Shown here in pieces: positions 63,754 through 64,000 of a DNA stretch of 64,000 nucleotides; position 1 is the stretch's first letter; the number at the start of each line of letters is the position of its first letter. Under the pieces are notes generated by a model. That model saw nothing but the letters and a program-made list of their open reading frames with translations, was not told the DNA's origin and ran no database searches. Source of the stretch: a virus; IMG/VR virus record IMGVR_UViG_3300047476_001680, positions 24,751-88,750 of that record. One strand, given 5' to 3'. Position numbers and translations under genes: made by a program.

Positions 63754-64000
63754 ATGTTTGATACACTCAAGCCATTGATCGACAGCGGGATCATTAACGA
63801 AGACACCAAGCAAGCCATCAGCGAAGCTTGGGAAGCCAAGTTAAATGAAGCTCGCGAGGAGATTCGTGCCGAGATGCGCCACGAGTTCGCCGGTCGATAT
63901 GAACACGATAAAGGTGTAATGGTTGAAGCAATGGACCGTATGATCAGCGAAACTCTTAGCCAAGAGATTCGTGAGTTCGCAGAAGACAAAGAACGTCTAG
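63754..64000 (+). CDS. gp22: Prohead scaffold gp22 (3'-truncated by the window edge)
   Basis: AAGGAG/AGGA RBS and MFDTLKPLIDSGIINEDTKQAISEAWEAKLNEARE..., a coiled coil directly after gp21. Confidence 0.8.
   Translation, partial: MFDTLKPLIDSGIINEDTKQAISEAWEAKLNEAREEIRAEMRHEFAGRYEHDKGVMVEAMDRMISETLSQEIREFAEDKERL

Noticed and set aside
4026-63989. Numerous short antisense or out-of-frame ORFs in the six-frame track
   Set aside because: They lie within well-supported genes and show no recognisable motifs or translation signals, so they are treated as shadow ORFs.
1-64000. Alternative genetic code (stop codon reassignment)
   Set aside because: Genes up to 12.5 kb are intact under code 11 and coding density is near complete.

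Overview
This window is part of a large T4-like (myovirus) dsDNA phage genome in the standard genetic code, probably from an uncultured aquatic phage. From left to right it contains five blocks. (1) The 3' end of thyA. (2) A cluster of about 22 kb (984-22865) of sugar-tailoring genes: NAD-dependent epimerase/dehydratase, DegT aminotransferase, several glycosyltransferase-like proteins, a NodU/TobZ-type carbamoyltransferase, an SGNH protein, a 32-aa peptide missed by the ORF track, and seven tandem radical SAM enzymes with an N-terminal Fe-S (twitch-like) module. The minus-strand part of this cluster follows a near-perfect sigma70 promoter. (3) A minus-strand tail fibre/baseplate block: two fibres with autocleaving chaperone domains, a 4155-aa wedge protein, gp6, gp25, gp5-like, gp53 and gp48/54-like. 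(4) A plus-strand operon of late sigma factor gp55, gp47, gp46, two more radical SAM enzymes and a Holliday junction resolvase, followed by about 470 nt of highly structured non-coding sequence. (5) A gp26-like chaperone with a candidate -1 frameshift into a gp51-like ORF, then tape measure, portal gp20, core proteins, protease gp21 and the start of scaffold gp22. The best leads are the structured ncRNA/origin-like element, the radical SAM-glycosylation cluster, the gp26/gp51 frameshift and an apparent strong avoidance of CATG. All family calls come from motif recognition by eye; no searches were run.
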